From: Squalus acanthias
Taxonomy: Eukaryota
Reading direction: 5' to 3'
Assembly (NCBI GenBank): GCA_030390025.1
Contig: CM059432.1
Location: 44,890,001-44,954,000 of the forward strand
DNA: 64,000 nucleotides
Shown in pieces: positions 1 through 11,363 of the stretch. Position 1 is the stretch's first letter, and the number at the start of each line of letters is the position of its first letter. The position numbers and the translations under genes are program-made. The notes under the pieces were generated by a model. The model was not told the DNA's origin. It saw nothing but the letters and a program-made list of their open reading frames with translations, and ran no database searches.

Positions 1-878
1 CCTGAAATCGCAAAACTGTTTTGAAGGACTCATATTGTAAATCCATTGGGAGCCCACTGGAACAGATTGAGTCAGGATCCAGTTAGGTCAGATCCAGGCC
101 TTAAGTGCGAGATTCCATGATGCCTTTGTGAGGGCGGAGTCTCCCCCCACCCCTAGCCTCTACAAGGCCATCGATGTAAGGGACTCCCTAAGATGCCGTA
201 TAATCCCCGAAGGTACACCTGTTCTCACCAGGAGTACCTTACTGATTCCATTAGAAGTGGGGCCCACTTTGGAGTCCAGTTTGGGATTGGAGCTTGGACT
301 CCTGAAAATAGCAAGGCCAAAAAAGAGGGCTCCTTGGACAACCAGCCTTTTCTTCCAAGGGAGACTTGTCCTCCCAGGCCAGCCAGCTACTGCTGGCATT
401 TCTGGCTTTCTAGATTCTCCATTGGGTGGGCCCCCACGCCACCAAATGTCCACTCCTGCAGGCCCCACCTCCCTAACCCAGCTCCTACAGGAAGAGGAGC
501 CCACACCTCTGCCAGGTACTGTTTCAGCACAGAATGAACTACCTTTCCTCCAGATCATGTTCCATTAAAAAATAACATGATTTGGAGCCATTTGTGCAGG
601 TTCAAAATGGATTAATGTCCAAACACAACAGACATCTATGAGTGCCCGGGAGCTGAAGGAGCATTTAAAATGCAAAAAGGACCAATTATAAGTGTGATTT
701 TACACTTTTTTTCTAATTTTTTAAACCATCTAGTAGGTAAGACTTTGTACCATCGGTTCCACCACTGGTATATTTAGCATCAGTGTCTCTGCTTTGCACC
801 TGGGGAGTGCTCAGTTCCCAAGGGCAAAGCACAGGAAAAAGAGGCATAGACACATGAGACTCTGCCCTATTTACATTG

Positions 879-1060
879 AGAGGTCGCACAACACCAGGTT
901 ATAGTCCAACAGTTTTATTTTAAATCACAAGTTTTCGGAGTTACGAGTTGTAACTCCGAAAGCTTGTGATTTAAAATAAAACTGTTGGACTATAACCTGG
1001 TGTTGTGCGACCTCTCAATTTTGTCCACCCCAGTCCAACACCGGCATCTCCGCATCATGA
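879..1060 (+). mobile_element. Short Penelope-type (pseudo-LTR-like) retro-insertion with a fold-back palindrome
   Basis: 12-bp TSD CTATTTACATTG at 867-878 and 1061-1072. Arms 878-944 and 950-1016 are inverted copies (1 mismatch, 5-nt loop). 954-1056 is near-identical to the hammerhead-bearing insert at 52442-52545. Confidence 0.85.
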
Positions 1061-3284
1061 CTATTTACATTGCCCAGGGAATTCCTGGGAATCCCATTAG
1101 TGGTACAGAGAGCTTGCACCTGGAGCAGGCACAATTATGGAGAAGCTCCAAATGGGGCCTCTGCCTAATTTTTCAGCAGGTGCACCAGGCGGGTGCCAAT
1201 CTGGAAGAGCGCTGGAAGAAGCTGGCATTAGGTATTGCACCTGACCCCCTTAGATCAGACAATCTGACAGGGGCGAGAAGCAAGGCCGTGGAGGCTAAAA
1301 AAGTAGGTCCCTTAGATATCTTCAGGCTGAACAGCAGCCTGCAGCAGTGGCTAACTCTCCTCCCCCACTACCAGATCCTAGGCCCTGCCAGGGGTGGGCT
1401 TACACCAGGGAAACATCTGGCCTAGGGTAATGACCAGAACCCAGAAATCCAGGTGGATGTCAGGCACATGCTGCACCTGATCTCTGCTTAGATGGGGCAG
1501 GAGAGATGAGCAAGAAAAATTGGGACTGAGGTTTTCCTATAGAAATCCTGTAATTTTAAAGTTTTCTAAAGGTAAAATAGGAGTAACAGAGGGATGGCAG
1601 TCAGCTGATGTTTCAGCTTATGAAAACTGTGAGCATCCGCTATTACCTTCCCACCCAATAATATTGGGAGAGATGCACTTATTTGGATTTGCATGAGGAA
1701 CTCTGTGTGGGTAGGCTTGCAATTCACCTGAGCGGCAGTGGCAGTAATCTGACTTTCAGCCAAACCACGGCCCCGTCAGTAGCTGTAAAGGTCAATTCAG
1801 TTCTCACTTTTTATACCTCAAGCTTATTTACCTTATGGGGTGGGTATCCTGGAGTACTTTGCAGCCACTTCAAATAGCATAATACCCATTTCATGAGCCA
1901 TATAGAGTGAGGTACTGCTTCATTATTTACCCCCAATTGCATATGGTGCATCCATATTGGTTTCTGCCTGTTATTTTTTCCCCCTCTGGCCCTTTTGACT
2001 TCCCAATGCTGCAATCAGGTTGAGATACCTTTTAAACTATTCTAATGGCTACTCCCTATGTGGCCACCTCTCTTTAAGTGACTGTGTCCCTTTAAATTGT
2101 ACTTACTGTGCCAGTTCACGCTTCCTCCCCCCTCCATCTAGACTAGCTCCCTACAATAGGCCTAAGCTGCACTTGGAGCTGTGAATAATTATGCAAATGA
2201 ACTGATCAAGGAAAATTGCTTATTAATAGAACACTATTTCTGATTAGATTTGAACCTGCTCTTAGCCATTCTGTGTGAATTTCACTGGGTCACACAAATT
2301 TAGCCTGCTTGCAATGTCAAATAATGTGACCTAACTTGATGGCTTATGTAGATGTAGAGTAAGAGATAGCCATTTTTGGTCAGGTGTTAAAGTATTTACA
2401 TAGCAATTAGCCCTAGTGGTAATTGTTTATGGATTTAGGTATTCCTAGCTAACCACTTAGTATTATGGAGTAGGTTTTATTTTATATTTCAAATAACTAC
2501 ATTTTGGAATTATTTTTGTACAACACTGTTTATGACACTGAATTGTTTTTTTCAATATTTAAAAATGTGTTCTTCCTTTCTCAACGTTTAGCACTACTGT
2601 AAAAGGAGACTCTAAAAATTAGAGTCCATGACAGAAATAACTTTTGTACTAAAAATGCATTTCTAACATGCATAAGCTTTGAAAATACATACTGTACTAG
2701 TATATGTCAGATTGCAGAGAAAGGGGAATTATATGAGAATAATTTCTTACAATGCTAAAGGGGTAATAAATATTAATCTGGATTTTAAAATGATTATATC
2801 CTTCACTGATCCAGGCAGTTGAGAAGCACTAACAACTTGAAATTTGTCAGCTGGAATTTCTGTGCCTCCAGTATGGTGAATGGAAAATGATATTCTTCCA
2901 TAGGTAATTCCATTATACCACTGGGGAATGTGCTAATATTTTGGGGAAGAGTGATTTAAATCCGGCACGTAATTATTCATTAGGCCATTTGGCACAGAAC
3001 TCCCCCAATGCCCTGGTGGGTAAAGGCACTAATGGATAATACTGTGGTGCAACCAGTAGAGGGTTGGGAATCTGTGAGAAGCTATACATCTTGTTGGCAG
3101 GTAAAAGTTTCGAAAGAAACATATCTGCTATTGTGAGGTTCTGCTGGTGGTATGAGACCTTACGTTTGGCAAGTGCAGATCAGAACTTCATGTATGTATG
3201 GGGCTGCACCCACGTCACAATAAATTATACAGCAGCAGACACCTACAAGTTTATTAGAGAAGCAGGCGACAATAATCAATAAAT

Positions 3285-3672
3285 TCATAGAGTCATAGTC
3301 ATAGAGTCATCGGCACAGAAGGAGGCCATTCGGCCCATCGAGTCCGTGCCGGCTCTCTGCAGAGCAATCCAGTCAGTGCCATTCCCCCGCTCTATCCCCG
3401 TAGCCCTGCAAGTTTATTTCCCTCAAGTACCTATCCAGTCTCCCCTTGAAAACATTGAGTGTCTTCGCTTCCACCACTTCTGTCGGTAGCGAGTTCCAAG
3501 TCCTCACCACTCGCTGCGTAAAAAAAATGTTCCTCACATCCCCCTGTAGCTCTTGCCCAATACCTTAAATCTGTGTCCCCTAGTCCTTGTAACATTAACA
3601 AGTGGGAACAGCCTTTCCCCGTCTAGCCTATCCAAACCCGTCATAATCTTGTACACCTCTATCAAATCACCC
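3285..3672 (-). mobile_element. CR1 LINE 3' fragment
   Basis: CATAGAGT-type terminal repeats and the 'gaaggaggccattcggcccatcg' CR1 3'-UTR motif. Resembles other CR1 tails in the window (29022, 31010, 40714). Confidence 0.8.
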
Positions 3673-4100
3673 CAGTGAGCGCAGCAAAAAAATCAATCAA
3701 TCAAAGGAACAATGGGTACACCAAGTAATCAATATGGGCTCAAAAAAGACAATAAATTAATGGAGTCGTGGGCATAACAACAAATCATTAAGTTAATGGA
3801 ACAGTGGTGTACCATGAATTAATGAAACAGAAGGCACACCAACAAACAAATAAATTAATGACACCAATGCATTAATAAATTCACATATCAGCAACCACAC
3901 TAACAAATAGATTAATACAGCAGTGAGCGCAACAACAAATGAATCAATTAGTGGAGCAATGGGCAGCAGTGAACTAATGAAACAGAAGGCACCAATAATT
4001 TAAAAATTCCTAAACCAGTGGCCACACCAATAAATAAATTAGTGTAGTAGTGGGCACACCAATAAATAAAGGACTGAATTAATGGAGTAGGAGGCACAAG
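3673..4100. repeat. Degenerate minisatellite (~30-35 bp unit, roughly AAATAAATTAATGGAGCAGTGGGCACACCAAC)
   Basis: Recurring aattaatgga / cagtgggcac / caacaaa motifs, about a dozen times. Confidence 0.6.
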
Positions 4101-4109
4101 GAATTTTTA

Positions 4110-5575
4110 AAAATTCGTTCATGGGATGTGGGCGTCGCTGGAAAGGCCAGCATTTATTGCCCATCCCTAATTGCCCTTGAGAAGGTGGTGGTGAGCCGCC
4201 TTCTTGAAGCTCTGCAGTTGTGTGGTGAAGGTACTCCCATAGTGCTGTTAGGGAGGGAGTTCCAGGATTTTGACCCAGCGACGATGAAGGAACGGCGATA
4301 TATTTCCAAGTCAGGATGGTGTGTGACTTAGAGGGGAACTTGGAGGTGATGGTGTTCCCATGCACCTGCTGCCCTTGTCCTTCTAGGTGGTAACGGTCGC
4401 AGGTTTGGGAGTTGCTGTTGAAGAAGCCTTGATGAGTTGCTGCAGTTTATCTTGTGGATGGTACACAGTGCAGTGGTGGAGGAAGTGAATGTTTAATGTG
4501 GTGGATGGGGTGCCGATCAAGTGGGCTGCTTAGTCTTAGATGGTGTCGAGCTTCTTGAGTGTTGTTGAAGCTGCACTCATCAGGCAAGTGGAGAGTATTC
4601 CATCACACTCCTGACTTGTGCCTTGTAGATGGTGGAAAGGCTTTGGGGAGTCAAGAAGTGAAACACACACCGCAGAATACCCAGCTTCTGACCTGCTCTT
4701 GTAGCCACAGTATTTATGTGGCTGGTCCAGTTAAGTTTCTGGTCAATGGTGACCCCCCCAGGATGTTGATGATGGGTGATTCGGCGATGGTAATGCCATT
4801 GAATGTCAAAGGGCAGTGGTTAGACTTTCTCTTGTTGGAGATAGCTTTTGCTGGCACTTGTGTGGCGCGAATGTTACTTGCCACTTATCAGCCCAAGCCT
4901 TAATGTCATCCAGGTCTTGTTGTATGCGGGCACGGACTGCTTAATTATCTGAGAAGTTGCGAATGGCACTGAACACTGTGCAATCATCAGCAATCATCCC
5001 CACTTTTGACCTTATGCTGGAGGGATGGTCATTGATGAAGCAGCTGAAGATGGTTGGGCCTAAGACACTGCTCTGAGGAACTCTTGCAGCGATGTCCTGG
5101 GCTGAGATGATTGGCGTCCATCAGCCACAACCATTCTCCTTTATGCTAGGAATGTCTTCAGGCAGTGGAGAGATTTCCCCCAGATCCCATTGACTTCAAT
5201 TTTACTAGGGCTCCTTGATGCCACACTCGGTTAAATGCTGCCTTGCTGTCAAGAGCAGTCACTCTCACCTCATCTCTGGAATTCAGCTCTTTTGTCCTTG
5301 TTTGGACCAAGGCTATAATAAGATCTGGAGCCGAGTGGTCCTGACGAAACCCAAACTGAGCATCAGTGAGCAGGTTATTGGTGAGTAAGTGCAACTTGCT
5401 AGCACTGTCAACGACACCTTCTATCACTTTGCTGATGATGGGGCGGTAATTGGCCGGATTGGATTTGTAGTGCTTTTAGTGGACAGGACATATCTGTGAA
5501 ATTTCCACATTGTCGGATAGATGCCAGTGTTGTAGCTGTACTGAAACAGCTTGGTTAGAGGCGCGGCTAGTTCTA
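4110..5575 (-). mobile_element. 5'-truncated CR1/L2-group LINE (RT C-terminus + 3' UTR), same family as 35817-38893
   Basis: ORF 5158..5427 (LLTDAQFGFRQDHSAPDL...ALDSKAAFNRVWH) matches the RT in ORF 36923..38062. The 3' end is the reverse complement of 38820-38890. Confidence 0.9.
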
Positions 5576-5789
5576 GGCCACCACAGGGAGCATTTGCCAG
5601 ATGTCAGTCTGCAATTATTCCTGTAAATGAAGTGGCTAATGCCATGTTTTTTTTTATTTGTTCGCAGGATGCGAGTGATGCTGGTAATTATTGCCCATTC
5701 ATAATTGCTGCAGTTCTAGTGGTGATGTTGCTACCACAATGGTGTTAGATAAGGATTTTGCCTGGGGAAACATCTTTTTATCACTTTTA

Positions 5790-6860
5790 CAGTAGAAAAG
5801 AAACATCAGCTAGACAGGGCACAGCACCTTTACCACCTACAGGCTTCCCCAGAGTCTAGGGCACTGTAGATGTGGCTATGTGGCTATCAGGGCTCCTCAC
5901 GGCAAGCTTGAATAGGAAGCAATACCACGCCATCAATCTGTAAGTTGTTTCTGACTGCAAAATGTGATCCTTATTTTAATTTCTGTTATCCAGTGGGCAC
6001 CCACAACACTTTTATTCTGCAGCAGTCCATGCTACCTGCATTTTTTTGGAAGTGATGAGAGAATGTCCAAATGCCTCCTTGAGAGACCAGGCTTTCCTTT
6101 ATACCCATGATATTCTGACCCCAATTAGAAACCCCTACAACAGCAGCAGTGTTTATTTATTCATTCACAGGATGTGGGCATCGCTGGCAAGGCCAGCATT
6201 TATTGCCCAACCCTAATTGCACTTGAGAAGATGGTGGTGAGCCACCATTTCAGAGGGCAGTTAAGAGTCAACAACATTGCTGTGGGTCTGGAGTCACATG
6301 TAGGCCAGGCTGGGTAAGAACGGCAGATTTCCTTCCCTAAAGGACAGATGGGTTTTTATGACAATCCAGTAGTTTCATGGTCACCGTTACTGATACTAGC
6401 TTTTAAAAAAAAATTGCAGATCTATTTAATTAACTGAATTTAAATTCCCCATGGTAGGATCTGAACTCATGTCTGCCAGATCAGTAGTCCAAGGCCTGCG
6501 GATTACTAGTCCAGTAATATAACCACTATTTTACCGTACCCCGCGTATATGTGCAGTTACATTGAGGCTCCTGAGTCACTGTGGAGCACACCATTCTGTT
6601 ACTTAGTTGAAACTACTTAGGCAACGTTCCGTTGTAGTCCATGTAAGATGTGCAAAATCATTATGGTCTACCGTATGCTGCACAATTATGCAATTCAAAG
6701 AGGGATGAGCACACAGCTGGAGGATGAGGAGGCCAATGGGTCTGCAAGTCCCACATGAAGAAGGGAGGAGTAGGAGGAGGCAGAGATAGAGAGTCGGTGT
6801 TTAGGTAGGGAGAGTGGCCCAAATCTTTGTCATAGAGAGCTACTTCAAGTGACATCTACT
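5790..6860 (+). pseudogene. Highly degraded Harbinger (HARBI1-type) transposase remnant, split by a SINE
   Basis: Hand translation gives GFPRV*GTVD..YVAIRAP near 5840-5900 and CKIIMVYRMLHNYAIQRG near 6650-6705. These parallel the motifs in the 13426-14637 transposase. Confidence 0.6.
6155..6541 (-). mobile_element. tRNA-derived SINE carrying the 3' tail of the 35817-38893 LINE family
   Basis: Minus-strand head with A-box-like TAGTGGTT and B-box-like GAGTTCAGATCC. 6155-6245 matches the LINE 3' end (4113-4200; 38805-38890). Confidence 0.75.
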
Positions 6861-7139
6861 CCCAGTTACAATCTTTCATCAAACTCTGACAATCCACACA
6901 TTGGAAGTAATACATTCTCTACACTCATATTGACTCACCATCCTGGCACATCTAGTCTTCCCTCACTCAAAAAAACCTAAACACCAAAGGAAGGAACAAA
7001 TAAATGCAAAACTGAAGTTAGCCCTTTCCTACAACTGTGCTTCCCCTTGCTGACTATGTAAGATGTGCTCGATTAACTTCTTAACTTTAAACTAAATTGA
7101 AATGTACCTTGAGTGAGAGAAGCAACTATGGTGGTAGGT

Positions 7140-8290
7140 AGAGGTGGTTCAGTGTGTACATCAATGATTTGAATATAGGGCTAGAGGGAATGGTGTCCAC
7201 ATCTTCAGATGACATGCAAATTGGGGAAATAGTAAATAATTCTGACCAAAGAAAGCTGCAAGTGAATAATGATAAAATGGTGAGATGGACAAAACATGGC
7301 AAATGGAATGCAATGTAAGTAATTTTGAGGTGGTACATTTTGGTAAAAAAAATCATTATAATTTGAATGGGGGAATGCTAAGTGGTGTGGAAGACCAGAG
7401 GGGTTATAGGGGTTTACGTTCACAAGACATTAAAATCAGTACCTCAAGTGGATAAGGCCATAAAAAGCTAATAGTACACTGATTTTTATGGCAAGAGGTA
7501 TAGAATACTAAAGTCAAGATGCAATGGTGAATCTACCTAAAAGCTTACGAAGACTGAAGCTGAACTACTGTTGCAGTTTTGGGCTGCACACTATGGGAAG
7601 GCTGTTGGACAACAGAGAGGTCACAGCACAGATTTACTAGGATGATGCCTGGTACAAAGAAATACAAATACATAGAAAGTTCTGAAAAAATGGGGCTTTC
7701 ATTAGAATAGAGCAGATTAAGGCGTAATTAGATAGAGGTATTTAAAATTATGAAGGGTTGGAACCGAGCAGATTGAATGTAGTGATTTAGGACAGGGAGC
7801 AGGAGAAACATTTTTACAGAGTTCTATCAGATTGTGGAATGCAAAACCAGAATTAGTGACTGAAGCAGAGACTGCGGCCAGGAATTTCCTCAGAGCTGCT
7901 CCCACTTCTCTGCTCTATGTTCACCGGAAGTGCGGCAGAGATCCCGGGGTAATGTTAACCGAAACTGCTCAGCAAGAAAATGATGGAATCGGATTGACCG
8001 ACCGTTTTACACTTGGCCTGATTTTAATTTCTATTAACTTTGATTTCTATTGACTGGGTGGGCTAGATTAAAATTAGCCCCCACTTATGCACATAAATGG
8101 AATTTCTGCCACAATTCCAGTGGAATTTTGTCACTGGAATGGGTTAGATTAGTGGTTGAAGGAACGGGGGAATGAAAGGATATGGGAACATGGTATTAGG
8201 ACAACTGTTTATGTGGAGGATTAACACAAAATGGACTGGTTGAGCTGATCGACCTATTTCCATGTTGTAATTTCTATGTAATTGTATGTG
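7140..8290 (+). mobile_element. Old degenerate CR1 LINE fragment (RT C-terminus/3' UTR), with a small insert at ~7875-8082
   Basis: Recognisable CR1 remnants (SKFADD-like 'tccacatcttcagatgac', WQMECNV, HKTLKSVPQVDKAIK, 'gttgtaatttctatg' tail). Confidence 0.6.
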
Positions 8291-8391
8291 AGTCTGTGAA
8301 AGAAGTGCACTCCCTGCAAGTTCAGGTCATTTACAACCATCAGTACCAGATTATACAAGTCAACAAGGGCTTCCAAGGCAGCTGTCACAAT

Positions 8392-10107
8392 GGCCGTGAT
8401 TTTTCCGGCGCTCAGTGAACCCGATTGGTGGCGGGTCAGCTGTGAAATTTAAAATGATTGACAGCGGGTCGGGAACCCACTGTCAAAACGCACACACCTG
8501 CATTTCCCAATGTCGGGTCTGCCAGCGTTCAGCAGACCCGACAGGCAGTGGCGGGGTCCCAATTCAAATCATTAGTGGCTTGTTTACAGCCACTTAACAA
8601 TGCTTTTTTTTCCCCAGCTTTTTGAACTTGACCGGTCGCCCATTGGTTTCCGGCTGTGCCTAGACCTCGTCTGTGAAGCTGAGGTGGGAGGTCACTTGAC
8701 ATTGAATCAGCTGATGAGTTGACCGCTTCAAATGTCAAGTGAAAGCTCCCAGCTGATTGGGAAATGTTCTCTTAACCACTAGCTTCTCTAAACTGCATTT
8801 CCACTACAGATTCAGAATGCTGCAAGTCTTTACACAAGTCTCCATCCAGTCTGACCTCTTTACCTCTCCCACCATTGACAGATCGCTTCTGTCATTTCTA
8901 CTTCACTTGCTATCTATTCCATCAGCATGAGTACACTTTATACTCTCTCACCTTGGTCCTCAGAATCTGACCATGATCAGCCACAACACCAGCATTACCA
9001 GGCACACCAGCAGCACCAACAACCACACCAACCTGCTCCGCAATCACCTGATGCTGCACAGGACCGAGGGCATCAGCACCTGACCACATTGTTGTCTGAG
9101 ATGCCCGGGATGGCCTCACCATGGCCACATTTACTTCACTTGATGCTGCACACCCTGGCTGCCACATGATGTGCCAGGTTGGCACCACCCCATACCAACA
9201 ACATAAAGCATCCCTACAATGCCCAAGCCATTCCTTTCACACTCATCACCATTGCGGGGGGTACCGTTATGTCTCACCATTCACTGCAACTCACTAAGCC
9301 ACTTCCAAAGGTGCACACAAATCTGTCCAAGAATGCAAAGTGTTGAAAATAAAGATTTCAATGTTTGGCAGCACATTAACAGAAACTTCACATGAACATT
9401 GGTGAAAACACCCAAGTGCCTACCCTTGTGTGTTGTTAGTTGGTATGATTGCACTACAATGAGGGTGAGTGTGAGGGGTGGCTAGTGAGATGGGGAAGTG
9501 ATAATGTAGATAGAGAGGGATGGGTGGAGGTGCAAGGTAAGTTGGTGTGAGTAAAGATGTGCAGGAGTAGGGTAGGGAAGGCAGAATGATGGGGATGTGA
9601 TGAGTGGCACAGCAGGATGAGGTTGAGTGTGGCTTTGCAGTAACATTTCGTGATCTACTGAGATCATTGAAAGGTTTGCGCCACTGCAGCCTGGTTCTCC
9701 TGACCACATCCCTGCTTGTGTCCTCCTGTGCAATGTGCAACCAGGCTGCGTTGGTCTCCTGGGGAGGTCTCTTCTGCCCATTGGAAGGGAAGAGAACCTC
9801 GCTGCGTGCTGGGAGAGCCTGGGAGCAGCCGTGCACCTCTGTGCAGTGCTTGTCAGTGTCTGCAGCACCTCAATGCTGTAGAACACTGACAGCACAACTG
9901 TCAAAATCAATTAGCGCATGGTCCCTTTAAGGAAACCGGCTGATGACACGTCTTTAAATGACGTCATCAGACCCGCCTCCTCCAATTGGCTGGGAAACTC
10001 GCTGGGCGGGCTTAACAAGCTCAATCAGGGGAAATTCATGTCGAAGGCCGGGACCCGTCATCGACGTCGCCCGCCACGGACCCACCGACGTAAGGAAAAT
10101 CACGGCC
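8392..10107. mobile_element. Harbinger internal-deletion derivative (element A)
   Basis: TIRs GGCCGTGATTTT at 8392 and AAAATCACGGCC ending 10107. 3-bp TSD AAT (8389-8391, 10108-10110). Retains Myb exon 1 on minus (AAWLHIAQED...RRTRLQWRKPFNDLSRS, ~9645-9860) and a Gln-rich transposase N-terminus on plus (ORF 8927..9169). Confidence 0.85.
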
Positions 10108-10239
10108 AATATCTTTATTTTAAGGCAGTTCCTCGTCCCATAAATATTTGACCTAGAAAGCTAAACATACAGTTTTCTACTCAACAATCAAGACTATCTT
10201 CTGTAGCCATGGTTCATGAGACCTTTGTGGTATCTGACA

Positions 10240-10900
10240 AACCCAACCCAGGACAGAAGAATAATGATGTTGTGGCATTCACTATTTTGTCACCGAGCAC
10301 ACTGTTGGCATGTTGAAGCAGTGCTTTAAGAGCCTGGATAGATCTGAGGGCATCCTGCAGCAGAGCTCGAGTAGAGACCCTTCAGACAGCAGGTCACCTC
10401 CTCCTCTGCCAGCATCGCTTGCTCCTGCTCACTCATGCTGTGTAGATCGCACCATTAGTGCAGTCGGCAAATTTCCAAGTTAAGAGAAGTTCCCCTGTGT
10501 GAAGTTAACTTAATGGTTCTCACAAGCAGCATCAGATTCTTTGCTACATAATGCTCAACCTTGCCCTGTAAATAGGCACCAATATGGAGGCTCTGGAAAA
10601 GAAGGTCCCAAGATGCTGTTCTTGGAATCCTGTGGAACTCACTGCCAAAGAGGGCCTCACTTTTCTGTTATATTCCCACCAGGAGCACCTCAACGGTTTC
10701 ATTCAAGAAATGAGCCATCCCTTGCTCTCCTGGTCTCCTTACAGACATTTGTTTTTCTAAAAAAAGGTTGCTGTCTTGAAAATCTGCAAATCACCATGTT
10801 TGCCCCTTTAAGTTGCTACTGGCCTTTAGATCCTGCAGCAGTACCTGATTTCCCGACCCTCCGATGGATGATTCCTAATCACAGGAGTTTTCATTACCGT
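10240..10900. pseudogene. Degraded Harbinger remnant (short transposase fragment on +, Myb exon-1-like fragment on -)
   Basis: TEHTVGMLKQCFKSLDR at ~10290-10342 (+). HFLNETVEVLLVGI*QKSEALF at ~10650-10717 (-). Confidence 0.45.
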
Positions 10901-11363
10901 AAATTCGCTAATGTTATAATAATTCAGCACAATAAAGATCAGGCAAATACCCACGTTGCCATATTGTGTCATCTCCTTCTGTGCACAAGGCTCAGTGTCC
11001 CTTAGTTTTCGTGTAACCAGCTGACTGTCATATTTGCTGCTGGAACTCTCCTTAGCTGCTTTTACAACAATTGCTAGAGTTGTTAAGGCACTAAGTGCTG
11101 CATTTTATTGTGCAGATACGTTGGGAGCGGGGGGGGTCCCGATAGCGCGTGGGAAACCCGAAATATCTGAAGCGCTTCTGTCAGCGGCTTTTCAATGCAG
11201 CCACTTCATTAACATCTGAATTTCCAGTTTCCCACCTAATTAGCGTCAACGGACGTGATGATGTCCCACATGATGCAATCTCAACTCCAGCATTTAAAGC
11301 GACAATCCAAACATGCACGTTGAAGCAGCTGGAGTTAGGAAGGAGAGAGAAAGAAGTGTTGCC

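Noticed and set aside
128..568. 146-aa ORF and overlapping ORFs
   Set aside because: No recognisable domain or splice context. The region looks like a decayed non-autonomous repeat whose boundaries I cannot define.
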